This document shows, piece after piece, positions 49,456-61,148 of a stretch of 64,000 bases of DNA. The stretch spans positions 868,001 through 932,000 of the forward strand of contig JBLDXI010000055.1 of the NCBI GenBank assembly GCA_047495785.1, in the 5' to 3' direction. Position 1 is the first letter of the stretch. The number at the start of each line of letters is the position of its first letter. Position numbers and translations under genes: made by a program. Origin of the DNA: Lepidodermella squamata (lineage: Eukaryota > Animalia > Gastrotricha). The notes under the pieces are model-generated. The model was not told the DNA's origin. It ran no database searches and saw only the letters and a program-made list of their open reading frames with translations.

Positions 49456-50208
49456 TTCGAACAAGTTGTTGCTCTTCGCGAGGTGCCATCTCTAACTGAA
49501 AAACATATGATCGCCAGCGAAGCCCCTTTTGTTTATTGAACCTTGGAAGTCGCTAAGACGCTACATCGCGAACAAAGAGCTTTTTATCATAGCCACGACA
49601 CAGGACACAAAGAGAGTAGGAATAGAATGGCAACATCATCAGAAGCTAATAATAAGTTCCAAATTCTGCTCTTTTTAGACTTGACGATAAGAATCTTGAG
49701 GTTTTTGCGAGGTGATGCTTTGTAATAAATGACAAAGGGTAGCGTCCAAAACGGTTATAAAAATAGTAAAGCATGTTTTGCATTAAGGTTTCGGAAAGTT
49801 CTATATAAGCCAAAGTTCTCTCTGGCGCTTGAGAACGAGGGGTACATCATCTATTTAATTTCAATTGTTCGAGCTTGTTTTACTTAGCTTTCACCGCTCA
49901 TGGTAATTATTCCAAAAGTTTTTCGAATTAATCGTTCTTGGGAATCCGCAAAGTCCTAACTTGGGATCTCTGCTAATAATTACTCCAGCTTCTCAATGAC
50001 AATCAAAAAAAGATAATTGGAATCCAAATCGTCATCATCAATTAGGACAATGTAAGTTCGCAATTTCTAGCAACGGATAATGAACTGCAAGCGCCTATTT
50101 AAGCCGCGAAATTCTGTTAGAAAAATCATCAATCAATCTCTTCGCTTTCATTAGCCAATTCTTCATTTTTCAGCTTCTTTCTTCCTTTCTTCGTCCAAGC
50201 AACCAATA

Positions 50209-51211
50209 ATGCCTGCTGACAAGAAGACCATCGCTGTTATTGGCGGCACTGGCCACCAAGGCATCGGCCTCATCCGCGCCATCATGACCGAGGCTGACAA
50301 GGGCGAGTTCGCCGTCCGCGCCATCACCAAGGACGTCACCTCGCAAACCGCGCAGTGGCTGAAGAAGAACGGCGTCGAAGTTCGCGATGTCGATGTTGTC
50401 GACGAAGACAAACTGGCCGAAGCTATCAAGGGATGCTATGGCCTGTACGCTGTTACCTTCTACTGGCACACCATGAACCCCGAAGAAGAGCTGCGCCAAG
50501 CTCGTAGCATGGCGAATGCCGCCAAGTAAAAACTCCAGCTTAAAATATTTAACCCTGATTTTTTCGTAATACAGGAAAGCCGGTGTCAAGCATGTCATCT
50601 GGTCAACCCTTGAGGACACTCGGGAAGCTCTGAAAGACACTGACGTCCCGACGCTGTTCGAAAAGTTCAAGGTGCCGCCATTCGATGCCAAGGCTGAGGC
50701 TGATCGCTTCTTCTCGGAAAGCGGCGTCCCAACCACGTACTTCATCACGCCGTTCTACTGGGAGAACTTCATCGATATGGGCATGGAGCCGAAGAAGTCG
50801 TCGGATGGCAACTTCGAAATCGCCGTTCCGATGGGCAACAAGCGAATTGGCGGCATGGCGGCCGAGGACGTTGGCCGATGCGCCCTGACCATTTTCAAGA
50901 ACCCAAGCGAGTACGCCAACAAGCGAGTCGGAGTTATGAGCGAGGCGTTGACTGTCAACGAAATCGCTGAGAAGATGTCGCGCGTTCTTAGCAAAACAAT
51001 CCGCTATCGCGATATCAGCGTCGATGACTACCGCAAGACCAGCATTCCTGGTGTTAAGGAGCTCGCCAACATGTTCGTCTACTACAACAAGTGTGAGGAC
51101 ACTGTTTTGAAGATTCGCTGCCCGGACACTGCCCGCAAGCTGTGCCCGAACGTCATGAACTTTGATGCCTGGCTCAACAAGTACAAGGACCTCATCCCGA
51201 TTCGCGCCTGA
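50209..51211 (+). CDS. NmrA/HSCARG-like protein, copy 6 (intron 50526-50574)
   Basis: VIGGTGHQGIG, WSTLEDTR, VPPFDAKAEAD; strongly C/G-ending codons. Confidence 0.92.
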
Positions 51212-52071
51212 AAAACCCGAACTCCCATTTGCAAGAAACCAATTGAATTTGAACATTGACTTTCGAATAATTTAAGTAATTTAATTGAAAAATTGTGATG
51301 TGAAATTACCATGAATCGTTGATAAAATATCAACGAAATTTTGAAAATCTGAAATAAATTTGCTGCTACCTCGCTTCAACCTCATTGTTTTCCTATTCAC
51401 GCGCATCGAAGCTGGTTATTCTCCGATTTCACCTTGCCACGACCTTTTTCAAGATTCTTAACACATATAGTTACCGGTCCCAAAATTTGGACACTTTGAG
51501 CTTTGGCCCTGAATATATATTTGTGCACAACTGATAAAAAGTGGCGAATCGCACTAAAAAATAGCTCGCCTGTTAAGCTTTCCAACGGTACCAAATTTGC
51601 CAATACTTTTATCCATTGATTTGGGAAAAATCTCCGAAGCTCGATCACTCAGAAAGGTGTTTTGGGACTCCCTTGCCAAACGCTCAACTGTAAACAGCTG
51701 GGACTGAAACATTATTTGCGCTCACAGGGATTTACCTAAACTAAATGCTGTGAAAAAATCAAAAACGCATAAAAATTGGCAATTACACGATATAATATCT
51801 ATTTGCATATGCAAATGAGGTGTCCAAATTTAAAGGTTTATTCACCTATTTCTCCTATCAAGGTGAGCTTAGAAATTTTTCAACATTTACCAGTCGATCT
51901 TCGCCCCAAGGTTTCACATCTTTTACAAATTTTTCAGACGAAAGGTTAATTTTTTCAAATTTAAAAACGTGTTTTGTCCAAAACCAGGACCCGTTACGGA
52001 CCCAATAATTCAAACTTTCATTCGATAAATTTACAAACAACAAAGCTTTTGTATAATAGGCATTTATTTAA

Positions 52072-52459
52072 CCCTTAGCCGCCGGCGCAATGACGTGTTA
52101 ACTCGAGCACCTTTCTGAAAATCCCAGAAAATCAAGAAACGGCTAAAATCAAATTCTGAGTCGGCAGAAAGCCTTACATTTAGCCGAACCTCTTTTTCAC
52201 AAGAAATGTACCTGGGTTGCCGTTGCTATGACGTGTTAACGCGTTTTCATGACGTGTTAACAAGTCATTTAAAATTTTTCTCACTGTTTTCGACCTGGTC
52301 GGAATGGCTTTGAAAATTTGGATTTTCGGGGAGTGCTTGTTTCTTGCTATTGATTTATCATAATTTATGACGCAAAAATGGGTTCGATAGCCCAAATCCT
52401 CCGACCACGGTGAATTTTCTCCGGAATTAACGCGTGTACACGTCTTCGGCGGCTAAGGG
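52072..52459. mobile_element. piggyBac-type MITE (388 bp)
   Basis: TTAA-CCCTTAGCCGCCG...CGGCGGCTAAGGG-TTAA; internal TGACGTGTTAA repeats. Confidence 0.88.
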
Positions 52460-52622
52460 TTAAAACAGTTACATAACATATAGTTTCTATTTCGCAACAT
52501 ATAAAATTGTTGTCCCTGCAACAATCTAGCGGGTCACAAGTTATTACCGTGTTTTCAAAACACATTCGTCGAACTTTTCTATTGCAAACTCAACCTTTTT
52601 AATCATTTTCAGAAATTGGAAA

Positions 52623-53621
52623 ATGCCTCAAGAAAAGAAAATTATTGCAGTTGTTGGTGCAAATGGTAAACAAGGCGGTGGTTTGATTCGAGCTATTCTG
52701 AACGAAGGCGAGTCAAGTGAGTTCAAGGTACGCGCTCTGGTGCGAAACGTCAATTCAGAGCATGCTCGATTTTTGAAACACCAACCCAATGTCGAGGTCT
52801 GCGCCACGAATATTACCAATGAAGAGTCTGTCCGTCATGCGGTCAAGGGCGCTTATGGCCTGTATGCTGTTTCATTCTACTACGACCACCTGAACCCGGA
52901 GGAGGAGATCAATGAAGCGAAAAACATGGCTGCAGCTGCCAAGTAATACCCAACCTTAACGATAGAATATTTTTAAATTTTATTCAGAGCCGCGGGCGTG
53001 CAACACGTGATCTGGTCGACCTTTGAAGACAGCCGCAAACTCTTTGAAAATCCCGATGAAATTGAAACCATGAAAGAGCGATTCAAGGTACCGATGTGCG
53101 ATGCGAAAGCTGAAGGTGATCAGTTCTTCGACCCATCAATTACAACGTATCTGCTGCCATCATTCTACTGGGAGAATTTCATCGACAGCGGCTATCAGCC
53201 TCGCAAAACATCACCCGGTCACTGGTCACTGTGGATGCCACTCGGCGAGAAAAAGTTGCCTGGAATTGCGGCTGAAGATATCGGAAAATGCGCGTTGGCT
53301 ATTTTCAAAAATCGAGGCGATTACATTGGAAAACGGGTTGGAATAATGAGCGAGGCTTTGAGTGGTAACGAAATGGCGCTACAAATCGGTAAAGCTATCG
53401 GTCGCGAGGTTGACTACAAGCCATTTTCACTGGACGAATATCGCAAGTCTGGCTTCGCTATCCCGCCCGAGCTCGTCAATTTATTTGCTTTTTACGAAAA
53501 ATGTGAGGCGAAATTGTTGGCAAATCGTAACGTAGACGAGACACGCCGCCTCGTCCCAGATTTGCTGAGCTTTTCATCGTGGCTGGCTAAATATGGCAAA
53601 TTCATGCCTGTTGCTGTTTGA
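52623..53621 (+). CDS. NmrA/HSCARG-like protein, copy 7 (intron 52943-52987)
   Basis: VVGANGKQGG, WSTFEDSR, VPMCDAKAEGD, AAEDIGKCA. Confidence 0.92.
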
Positions 53622-53859
53622 CGATTGCGCAATAAACGCTGCTGTGTGCGCGCACTGACTCTTCTAGAAACTTCTATTAATAGAACATTCCAGATGCGCG
53701 CGTGTAAACACATTATGCAATGTACTTACGCTACACTATAAATACCCCGCTTGGCTCGCATTCAATTTTAATAATAATCACGCTTTGTTTTGCTTTTGTC
53801 ACTAATAGATACTTTCGAAATTTCAATTCTCCTGCTTTATTGTTGCTGACTACTAAATC

Positions 53860-54892
53860 ATGCGATTTCAAATCTCACGTGAAAATTCTGAAAATGAGCC
53901 GAAAATTATCGCTATTGTTGGCGCGACTAGCCGACAAGGCGGCGCCCTCGCCCGGGCGATTCTGCGCGATGGCGAATTCAGAGTGCGAGCCATTGTTCGA
54001 ACTCCATCGTCTCCGAGCGCCCAGCAATTGAAGAAAATGGGCGCTGAGTTATTCGTTGCCGATACGAACGACGGCAAGCATCTCACCGAGGCATTTACGG
54101 GTTGCTTTGGCTTGTTTGGCATGACCTTTTACTGCAATAATCTCAATCCAAATGAAGAGCTACGGCAGGGGCGCAATATGGCTAACGCAGCAAGGTGAGT
54201 TTTTGAGAAAATTATTTATTTCTAAATTGTTCATTCATCAATAATACAGATCAGCTGGCGTGAAACACGTGATTTGGTCGACTATGGAAGATACTCGAGA
54301 ATTTCTGCCAACCGCCCGCTTGCCTACCCTGGATAGCAAGTACAAAGTGCCGCAATTCGACGCGAAAGGCTCAATGGACTACTATTTCTCCGAGCTCGAA
54401 ATTCCGACAACTTTCCTGAAATCCTCGTTCCTCTACGACAATTTTCTCGCGACTCCTTTCGCCCCGAAATTCGGCCCTGAAGGCTATTCGGCGCTGCGGC
54501 TGCCGATCAAGGCAAACAAACGAATCGCTTGCATTTCAGTCGAAGACATCGGCAAATGCGCTCTAGGAATATTCAAGCGTTCCGACGAGTACATCAACAA
54601 AAGCGTTGGCATTGTCGGCGATGTGTTGACGCCGGAGGAAATCGCCGCGAAAATGTCGACGGCTCTTGATCAAGACATCCGATTCGAAGAAGTCCCATTT
54701 GAAGACTACCGGCAGTTGCGGGTTAAAGGCGCTAAACCAATTGCTAACATGTTTCGATTTTTCAGCGACTGCGAAACCGAACTGCTGGCAGTTCGGAGCC
54801 GGGATGAATCACGGAAATTGAACCCGGAACTGCGGTCATTCGATTGCTGGCTCGAAGAACACAAGGACGAAAGTTCGACATTTTCGGCATGA
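53860..54892 (+). CDS. NmrA/HSCARG-like protein, copy 8 (intron 54195-54249)
   Basis: IVGATSRQGG, WSTMEDTR, VPQFDAKG, ANMFRFF; start codon uncertain. Confidence 0.88.
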
Positions 54893-55425
54893 CTATAATT
54901 GGTTTTTTGTTGAAATTTTACCTCTAAATCACAATACTCTTGTTCTTTCGTTGTATATCGCTCAGAATTTTTATCTCATAAATTTGGCTAATAAAATTGT
55001 TTTGTTTTAAAACGTCTGTTGGCTCGGAATTTTGTTCGGGTTTTTTTATTGAAATTTAGACGGATGAAGGTTTTGTTTACACTTGTAGCGAGGTTTATTA
55101 CGCTCACGTTGAGAGCTAGGAAATTAGCAGGTGCAATAGAGACTATTTTGTTGTGGTACCTATTGTCTCGCACTCGAGCACCGGAACAGCACGCAACTGC
55201 TCAGTTTTAGGGCTTACAAACAAGCATAAAAATATTATGCTTAAAAATTCTGCAGAATTTTCGCATGCGAAACACTTTATCTTGTTATCTTTTATAAAAT
55301 AGATTTTATCTATATCACTTATCTCTAGAGCGGTTCTATCTGACGATTACGCAATGAGGATAACAACTATCTGGCCTGTTTCGGCAGACATAACAGTTAT
55401 TCTTTAACATCACAAACGTCTTACG

Positions 55426-56748
55426 ATGCGTATAGCTGTAGTGGGAGCTGGACCAGCGGGCTTAACAGCTCTGAGAGTGATCCAGAGCCGGATCGAGTCG
55501 AAACACCCCGATGTCGAAATAATCTGCTACGAAGGCTCAGACCGGGTTGGCGGCGAATGGGTCCTGAGCGCCGAGAAGCCGGACACTTCCAACGAAGGCG
55601 TGCCTATCGCTAGCAGTATGTACAAAGGCCTGCAGGCTAACTCGTTCAAAAACTCTTTCCGCCTCCATCCTGACTTTCCTTGGACCGATGAAATGACGCA
55701 ACGAACTTTCCCGATGCAATACGAACTCTTGAATTATCAACGAGAGTTCTGTAAGCACTTCAACCTGGACAAATACATCCGCTTCAACCACCTGGTTCTT
55801 AATGTCAGCCGTGATCCGGCTAAGTCTGGCGGTCTTCTTGTCGACGTAAAAGATTTGACTCGAGGCGAGAAGAGGACGGAAAGTTTCGATTATTTATTCA
55901 TGTGCAATGGCCAGCATCGGAAGCCGTATATCCCTAATACTGATACTTCCGAATTTAATGGCCTGGCGATTCATTACCATGTACTTCACGACCCAGCCAG
56001 ACTTGCTGGCAAGCGAACACTAATCATCGGCAGTGGCATGGGGGCTGCTGATATTTTCATCGCTTTCGCCAAAGTCTGTTCAAAGGTGTCGGTCAGCTAC
56101 AACACGCAGAAACCATTCTGGCTGCGAAAAGATTACTTGGAAAAATATCAACTGAAGCCGAAAATGACTAAAGCTGTTGGAGATACAGTGTATTTTAGCG
56201 ACGGAACATTGGATCAATTCGATGCCATAGTTTACGCGACTGGTTTTCTACAACATCACCCGTTTTCGCCTGATCTCGAGCTAGATTTCAGTCACGGCTG
56301 CCTGTACCCCCTCTACAAACACGTCGTCCATCCTAAGTGCCCCTCAATTTTTTTCGTGGGGAAAGGTCGCATTGTCACCCCAAGGATGTTATGGCCTAAC
56401 GCAGAATTCGCAGCTGGTGTGATTAATGGAAACATAAAATTACCCAGTGAGCAGAAAATGCTGGATGATATCGATAGATTTCAAGACTATTGGCGAGCTG
56501 AATTGGACAAATCGGATCAATATAACCCATTGGAATTTATCCCACTATTCGAGAGTCAATTAGCTGTCGCTAATGAACAGGCAAAATTAGCCGGTATAAC
56601 GCCTTTGCCGGAAATGTTTCGAAAACAAACCTACGCTGGCTTAGGAATAATGATGAAAGATATATTCAATTTTCGTAATTACAAGTTGTTGTATCCCGAT
56701 GAAAATGACAATGAGCATTTTAATGACGAATTATTTGCTTTAGAATAA
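55426..56748 (+). CDS. Class B flavin-containing monooxygenase (FMO-like), intronless
   Basis: GAGPAG, GGEW, SSMYKGLQAN, FNGLAIH, IIGSGMGA, YATGF, PLYKHVVHP. Confidence 0.9.
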   Translation: MRIAVVGAGPAGLTALRVIQSRIESKHPDVEIICYEGSDRVGGEWVLSAEKPDTSNEGVPIASSMYKGLQANSFKNSFRLHPDFPWTDEMTQRTFPMQYELLNYQREFCKHFNLDKYIRFNHLVLNVSRDPAKSGGLLVDVKDLTRGEKRTESFDYLFMCNGQHRKPYIPNTDTSEFNGLAIHYHVLHDPARLAGKRTLIIGSGMGAADIFIAFAKVCSKVSVSYNTQKPFWLRKDYLEKYQLKPKMTKAVGDTVYFSDGTLDQFDAIVYATGFLQHHPFSPDLELDFSHGCLYPLYKHVVHPKCPSIFFVGKGRIVTPRMLWPNAEFAAGVINGNIKLPSEQKMLDDIDRFQDYWRAELDKSDQYNPLEFIPLFESQLAVANEQAKLAGITPLPEMFRKQTYAGLGIMMKDIFNFRNYKLLYPDENDNEHFNDELFALE

Positions 56749-56766
56749 AAAATTGAGAATTTATTC

Positions 56767-58083
56767 CTATTCAATTAATTGATTGAGCAAGGTCAAGTTC
56801 CAATTATGAGGGCATCGATCCATTAAGCGGAGTCTCTTCGTATGGGCTTCCAACGTGCCAGGCAACGCGTAGAAGTAGTCAGTTTCGAAAATCCACTCCA
56901 ATATGTTGAAATTTTCATATCGATCTCCGAATTCGCTGCAATTCACATTGATCTCGTTTGTTTTTGGAGTGGAGAAACAGACTCCCTTGCGAAGCACGTA
57001 ATTGATGGCCCCGAAACTTTGCTGATATGTGTAGTGAATAGCAATTTGCGGTTTTCTATATCTTAAAATCGACTCGTTCCGTCCTCCGCCAATCAGAGAT
57101 GAAAGGCTTTGCTTCGGCCCATCTGCTGGTTCAACTTCAGTCACCAGCCAGTAATATTCATCGCGAAATAGATGCCAAAGGAACGTGCAAACGATGCTGA
57201 ATTCCGAAACTCGATCAGTCAATACCATTTTAGCAAAAGCCTCGTCGAAACTGCTTTGATTCATGTGCCTCGTTATCTCGTCTCTCATCGCCTTGAAATG
57301 TGAGACATTTACAATGACAGGAAAGTAGCTCATACAGTAAAATGGTTCTATAATTTGGCAATGATAGCTATTTTTGTGATAGAAATAACAGAACTCACCC
57401 TTCAACCCCGTGAATTTGAAAGTTGCAGCTGGAACCTGAGACCAGTAAGCACCTACATCTTTGGCTCGGCCGAAAACAGGCCTCACAATCGGTTTACCAC
57501 GATGGAACAGGTCACTCAGCATGACTCTTGTGACGAAAACAGTGTCTGTGTCAAGAAAGCCGACGTAATCGGCATCGGTGAAATTTTCCGCCAAAAACCT
57601 GAGCCATTGTGATTTGTACCAGCCAGGTTTCTTAGTTTCGAATCTTACTGAGGGCGGCGGGGTTTTTCTGATATCGACTCGTAGTCCGAACCTGCTGTAA
57701 GATTCGGCGGTGACGTTGGCTATGAAAAAATCCGATTTCGCGTCCTCTTGATCGGTTAAAATAGTGAGATTTAGATGCTGCCTCGGCCAGAAAAGTGATA
57801 TGGAAGGTAGAAGCCAGCTTAACAATTCATCTTGGCTACGTATTTCTGAGCTAGATGGCACCATAAGTTGTAACCGCGGCCAAGGATGATGGCAATTATC
57901 TGGTAGAACTGGTATGTTTCGATTAATGGCAAAGAAATAAGATGAGCCGATATGAAACGCGAGATTAGGATTGGCGAATTGGAACTGAAGCAGCAAAAGA
58001 AAAATACCAGATAACAAGACTAGAATCCATCTTAGATACACCTTTCCATGTAAGATGTTATTTGATGAATGCGAATTGGCCAT
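56767..58083 (-). CDS. Type II membrane protein, probable GT-A fold glycosyltransferase (in-frame 51-nt intron 57348-57398)
   Basis: Single N-terminal TM segment and YVGFLDTDTVF (DxD). The intron is supported by an intron of different length at the same site in the paralogue. Confidence 0.7.
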   Translation of the reverse strand: MANSHSSNNILHGKVYLRWILVLLSGIFLLLLQFQFANPNLAFHIGSSYFFAINRNIPVLPDNCHHPWPRLQLMVPSSSEIRSQDELLSWLLPSISLFWPRQHLNLTILTDQEDAKSDFFIANVTAESYSRFGLRVDIRKTPPPSVRFETKKPGWYKSQWLRFLAENFTDADYVGFLDTDTVFVTRVMLSDLFHRGKPIVRPVFGRAKDVGAYWSQVPAATFKFTGLKGEFCYFYHKNSYHCQIIEPFYCMSYFPVIVNVSHFKAMRDEITRHMNQSSFDEAFAKMVLTDRVSEFSIVCTFLWHLFRDEYYWLVTEVEPADGPKQSLSSLIGGGRNESILRYRKPQIAIHYTYQQSFGAINYVLRKGVCFSTPKTNEINVNCSEFGDRYENFNILEWIFETDYFYALPGTLEAHTKRLRLMDRCPHNWNLTLLNQLIE

Positions 58084-61066
58084 TTCAGTTTTAAATTCAG
58101 CGTTTCTAAGTAAGACAAAAGAATTGCTCTTGCTCTTAAACAATCGAATAATTTTGTGCCGCATTAATTTATCTAATTAATCTATCTAATTTAGGGTACG
58201 TTACCTATCATGGTAAAAAAAACCAATTAGGTAACTCCATTTGAACCACTTTGAACCCCTTTTACGGCAATAGGGACGATTTCGGAATTTGACTTTGAAA
58301 GTGTACTGCAATTTCAGTTTGATGAACGTTTGATCGCCCTTTTAGCAATATTACTTTTCCATGCTGGCTATACAAGAATATTAAACATTCAGACCGCTAT
58401 TTCTCATGCTGAACAAGAAAACTAGAAAACCAGAAGGATTGATGAATGACGTTATTTTGTCGCCATGTTCGGGTTCAGCATTAAGAAATTAGACAACGTA
58501 CAAATAAGCACAGCAAGATTCGCTTTCGCCTGTTTTGGCGTTAGGTTGAGAGTTTGGCAGACTAGGATTATAGGTTATGTATATGGCAGGAAGTGTGCCA
58601 CATGATCTTCTTATGCCCCATATTAAAATATTATGAATGAAAATAATTTTGACATCGATACCCCTGTAGTATCGAATTAATTTTAGAATTAAAAAAACCG
58701 TATTTTTTTCAAGTCAGCGGACCAAACGCGAGCTGAACCACGTGCCATGTGCGCGGCATTCAAAAATAACACGAAGCAGCGCCAGGGTTACGTAAAGACG
58801 TAAACAGTCAACGTGTCAACGTGTCAGTGAAATAAGGGCGCTCACGAGCTGAGCAAAATCCACCATTTAGTTCGATTTTGTTTTTTTGCCATTTTCGTCA
58901 CCACTCTCCCAGTAGATCGGCTAGACTTCTCTCTAGATTTTCCATTTCGAATTAGAAGGCGAGTTGCCAGATGGTAGACCGCCTATCATAAACTGGAAAA
59001 TTAAAATGATGGCTGCAGAAGTCATTGATTGATAAGCGGGAACAAGGTCAATAAATTACGAACAACAAAGAGGTTTTGCCATAATTATGCTACCATTTTT
59101 AATTACTGAAATAGCGCCTATGAACTTTTTGAAGTTTTCATTTTACAGTTTCAAAATATCGAAATATACAAGTTTTTCATATGTTAAAAATTACAATGCT
59201 GCCAACAAGGCAACATAATTTTGGCAATCTATGTAGTTCAGATACATAATATATTACATCAATTTTGATTCCCAGGCACATATTAAAAATGGTTAGTTTA
59301 TCGAGCCATTGTAAATGACAAAAGGTGTAAAAAAATATGTCCACGTCAGATAAATAAAATAAAAAAACGGCATTTTACATGAGGAAGAACGCAGGTTCCA
59401 AGTCGAAAAGTCGCTAGTTACTAGCAAAATTAAAATCGAAAAAATGAGTCAGTGGCGCTGTTCATCCGCCAGTTAGTGAATGAGGGGTAGGAGAAGAAAC
59501 AAAACGACGGAGGCCAATAATAATAGGACAGTTCTTATTTTCCAGTTTCAAAGGAATACAAAAAAAGAAGTGGCTAGTAGTACATATATTTTTGAAAAAA
59601 TTCTAAACTTATGCTAACTGATGCCATGTGTATAATTGTTGAGATAACACGTTGAATTTTTTACTTTAGATCGGAAATTGAGTGAATTTAGAACCCTGAA
59701 AAATTATCAGCTCCGTGGGAAGGGATAAATGATGAATCGGTTTTAGGCCCATTCCGGAAGATAGGTTGGTCCCAGCATGTCAGGTTTTGTGTCACAACTT
59801 CTGCACAATCAGGCACATCTTCACCTACATTTTCAAGTCTGTGTGAGCTACCGATAAAATTCAGCATCGAATTCAATATCAGCAAAAAATCAGCTGAAAA
59901 CACGTACGAAAAATGGGCTAAATACCGCTTGTGAGATTAGCTCATTAAAATCGTCGCATTCGAGATCGCAATTTTCTGGCGAAGTAAAAATTTAAGGAAG
60001 AATTAACAGGACATTTTAAGAAGCCACTATGCAATTAAGCAACGATGTGAAGTCTTTAGTAGTCAACTAGTTGTAGCCCCGCTGCTGGTGGTTTTTGATT
60101 AGCTGCTTTACCCAACGGCGAACGTCTTCCTTATAATTAAGCTCGAATATGTCTTCTCGCTTTCGTGGGATCAAATATATCACAGTTTTAACAATTCTAT
60201 CAATTTCAACATGAAAACTGGAGGTGTTGTCATGCTCGTCCTCGCGTTGGCTGTCGGGTATGTTTTGAGATAAATTGAGGTCAAGTAGCCACCCGAAATC
60301 ACTTGTCACTTGCGTTATGATTATGCCATATTTTTTGTAGCGATGTTGACAAGTGATTTATAGGTCACGCGACCATGAAAGCCAAAACTGGAATCATAAA
60401 TGTACTAGCGTGTCAGATCTCTCTTTTTTATTTATCTATGTCCGAAACCTGCAAGCGAGCCTATACCAACGCTAGACGCAAAGGCCTTTTAGCCGCACTG
60501 CTGATGACCGACCCGCAACTCTATCGGCGTCCACTCGAAGGCCAAGTTTAGGAGGTGTCGGCTGTCTCAACGAAGTTCGAAGTTGCTCGGTTTCAATTTG
60601 CAGCTTCCAGAGTGCCTCATCGTGCTCAGAGGCCGCCACGCGGTCATTGAAGACGGCTTAGCGTATGGTGATGATGGCGGCTGCAAATTCGGAAATTGTA
60701 GGCAATTTCGGTTTGAATGCGACGATACTCTCGTAGTTGGAGACAACAACTTTTACAACTTCAGGTAATTAAAAACCCCAATTATATTTTCGTAATGCAT
60801 GCTGCAGATATTGATGCCTTATGCAGGTGAGATGAATCACGCATTTATCTCTTTCCGTACGGCCCGGAGGTTGGGGCGAGAAGAACGGGCCGAAGAACGC
60901 TTGTTCACTAAAATTGAGCGCTGAATAAAATTTTAACTAGTCTGAAACGAGGAAAATCACAGCTTAACAACGTTTCATTCATCAGGTGGCTTTTTGCATC
61001 CTCTTTTGACTGGGCTGTTGACAATACCGCATACAGCCTTTGCAGGAAATGTTCAACCCACGGTGG

Positions 61067-61137
61067 TACAGGAATAATGATGAAAAATATATAATGATGA
61101 TGAGCATATTAATGACGAATTATTTGCTTTGGAATGA
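61067..61137 (+). pseudogene. Remnant of an FMO 3' end (duplicate of ~56643-56750)
   Basis: AGGAATAATGATGAAA...GAGCAT.TTAATGACGAATTATTTGCTTT.GAAT matches the end of 55426-56748 with an internal deletion. Confidence 0.65.
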
Positions 61138-61148
61138 AAAATTAAAAT

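Noticed and set aside
14974-54892. Bacterial contamination as the explanation for the NmrA genes
   Set aside because: Every copy has GT-AG introns and is interleaved with animal-type genes and eukaryotic transposons.
57348-57398. EFCYFYHKNSYHCQII as protein sequence in ORF 56767-58164
   Set aside because: It is a 51-nt in-frame intron; the paralogue has a frame-breaking intron at the same site.
59688-60930. Short ORFs and splice-like sites
   Set aside because: No consistent gene model or motif; at most decayed fragments.
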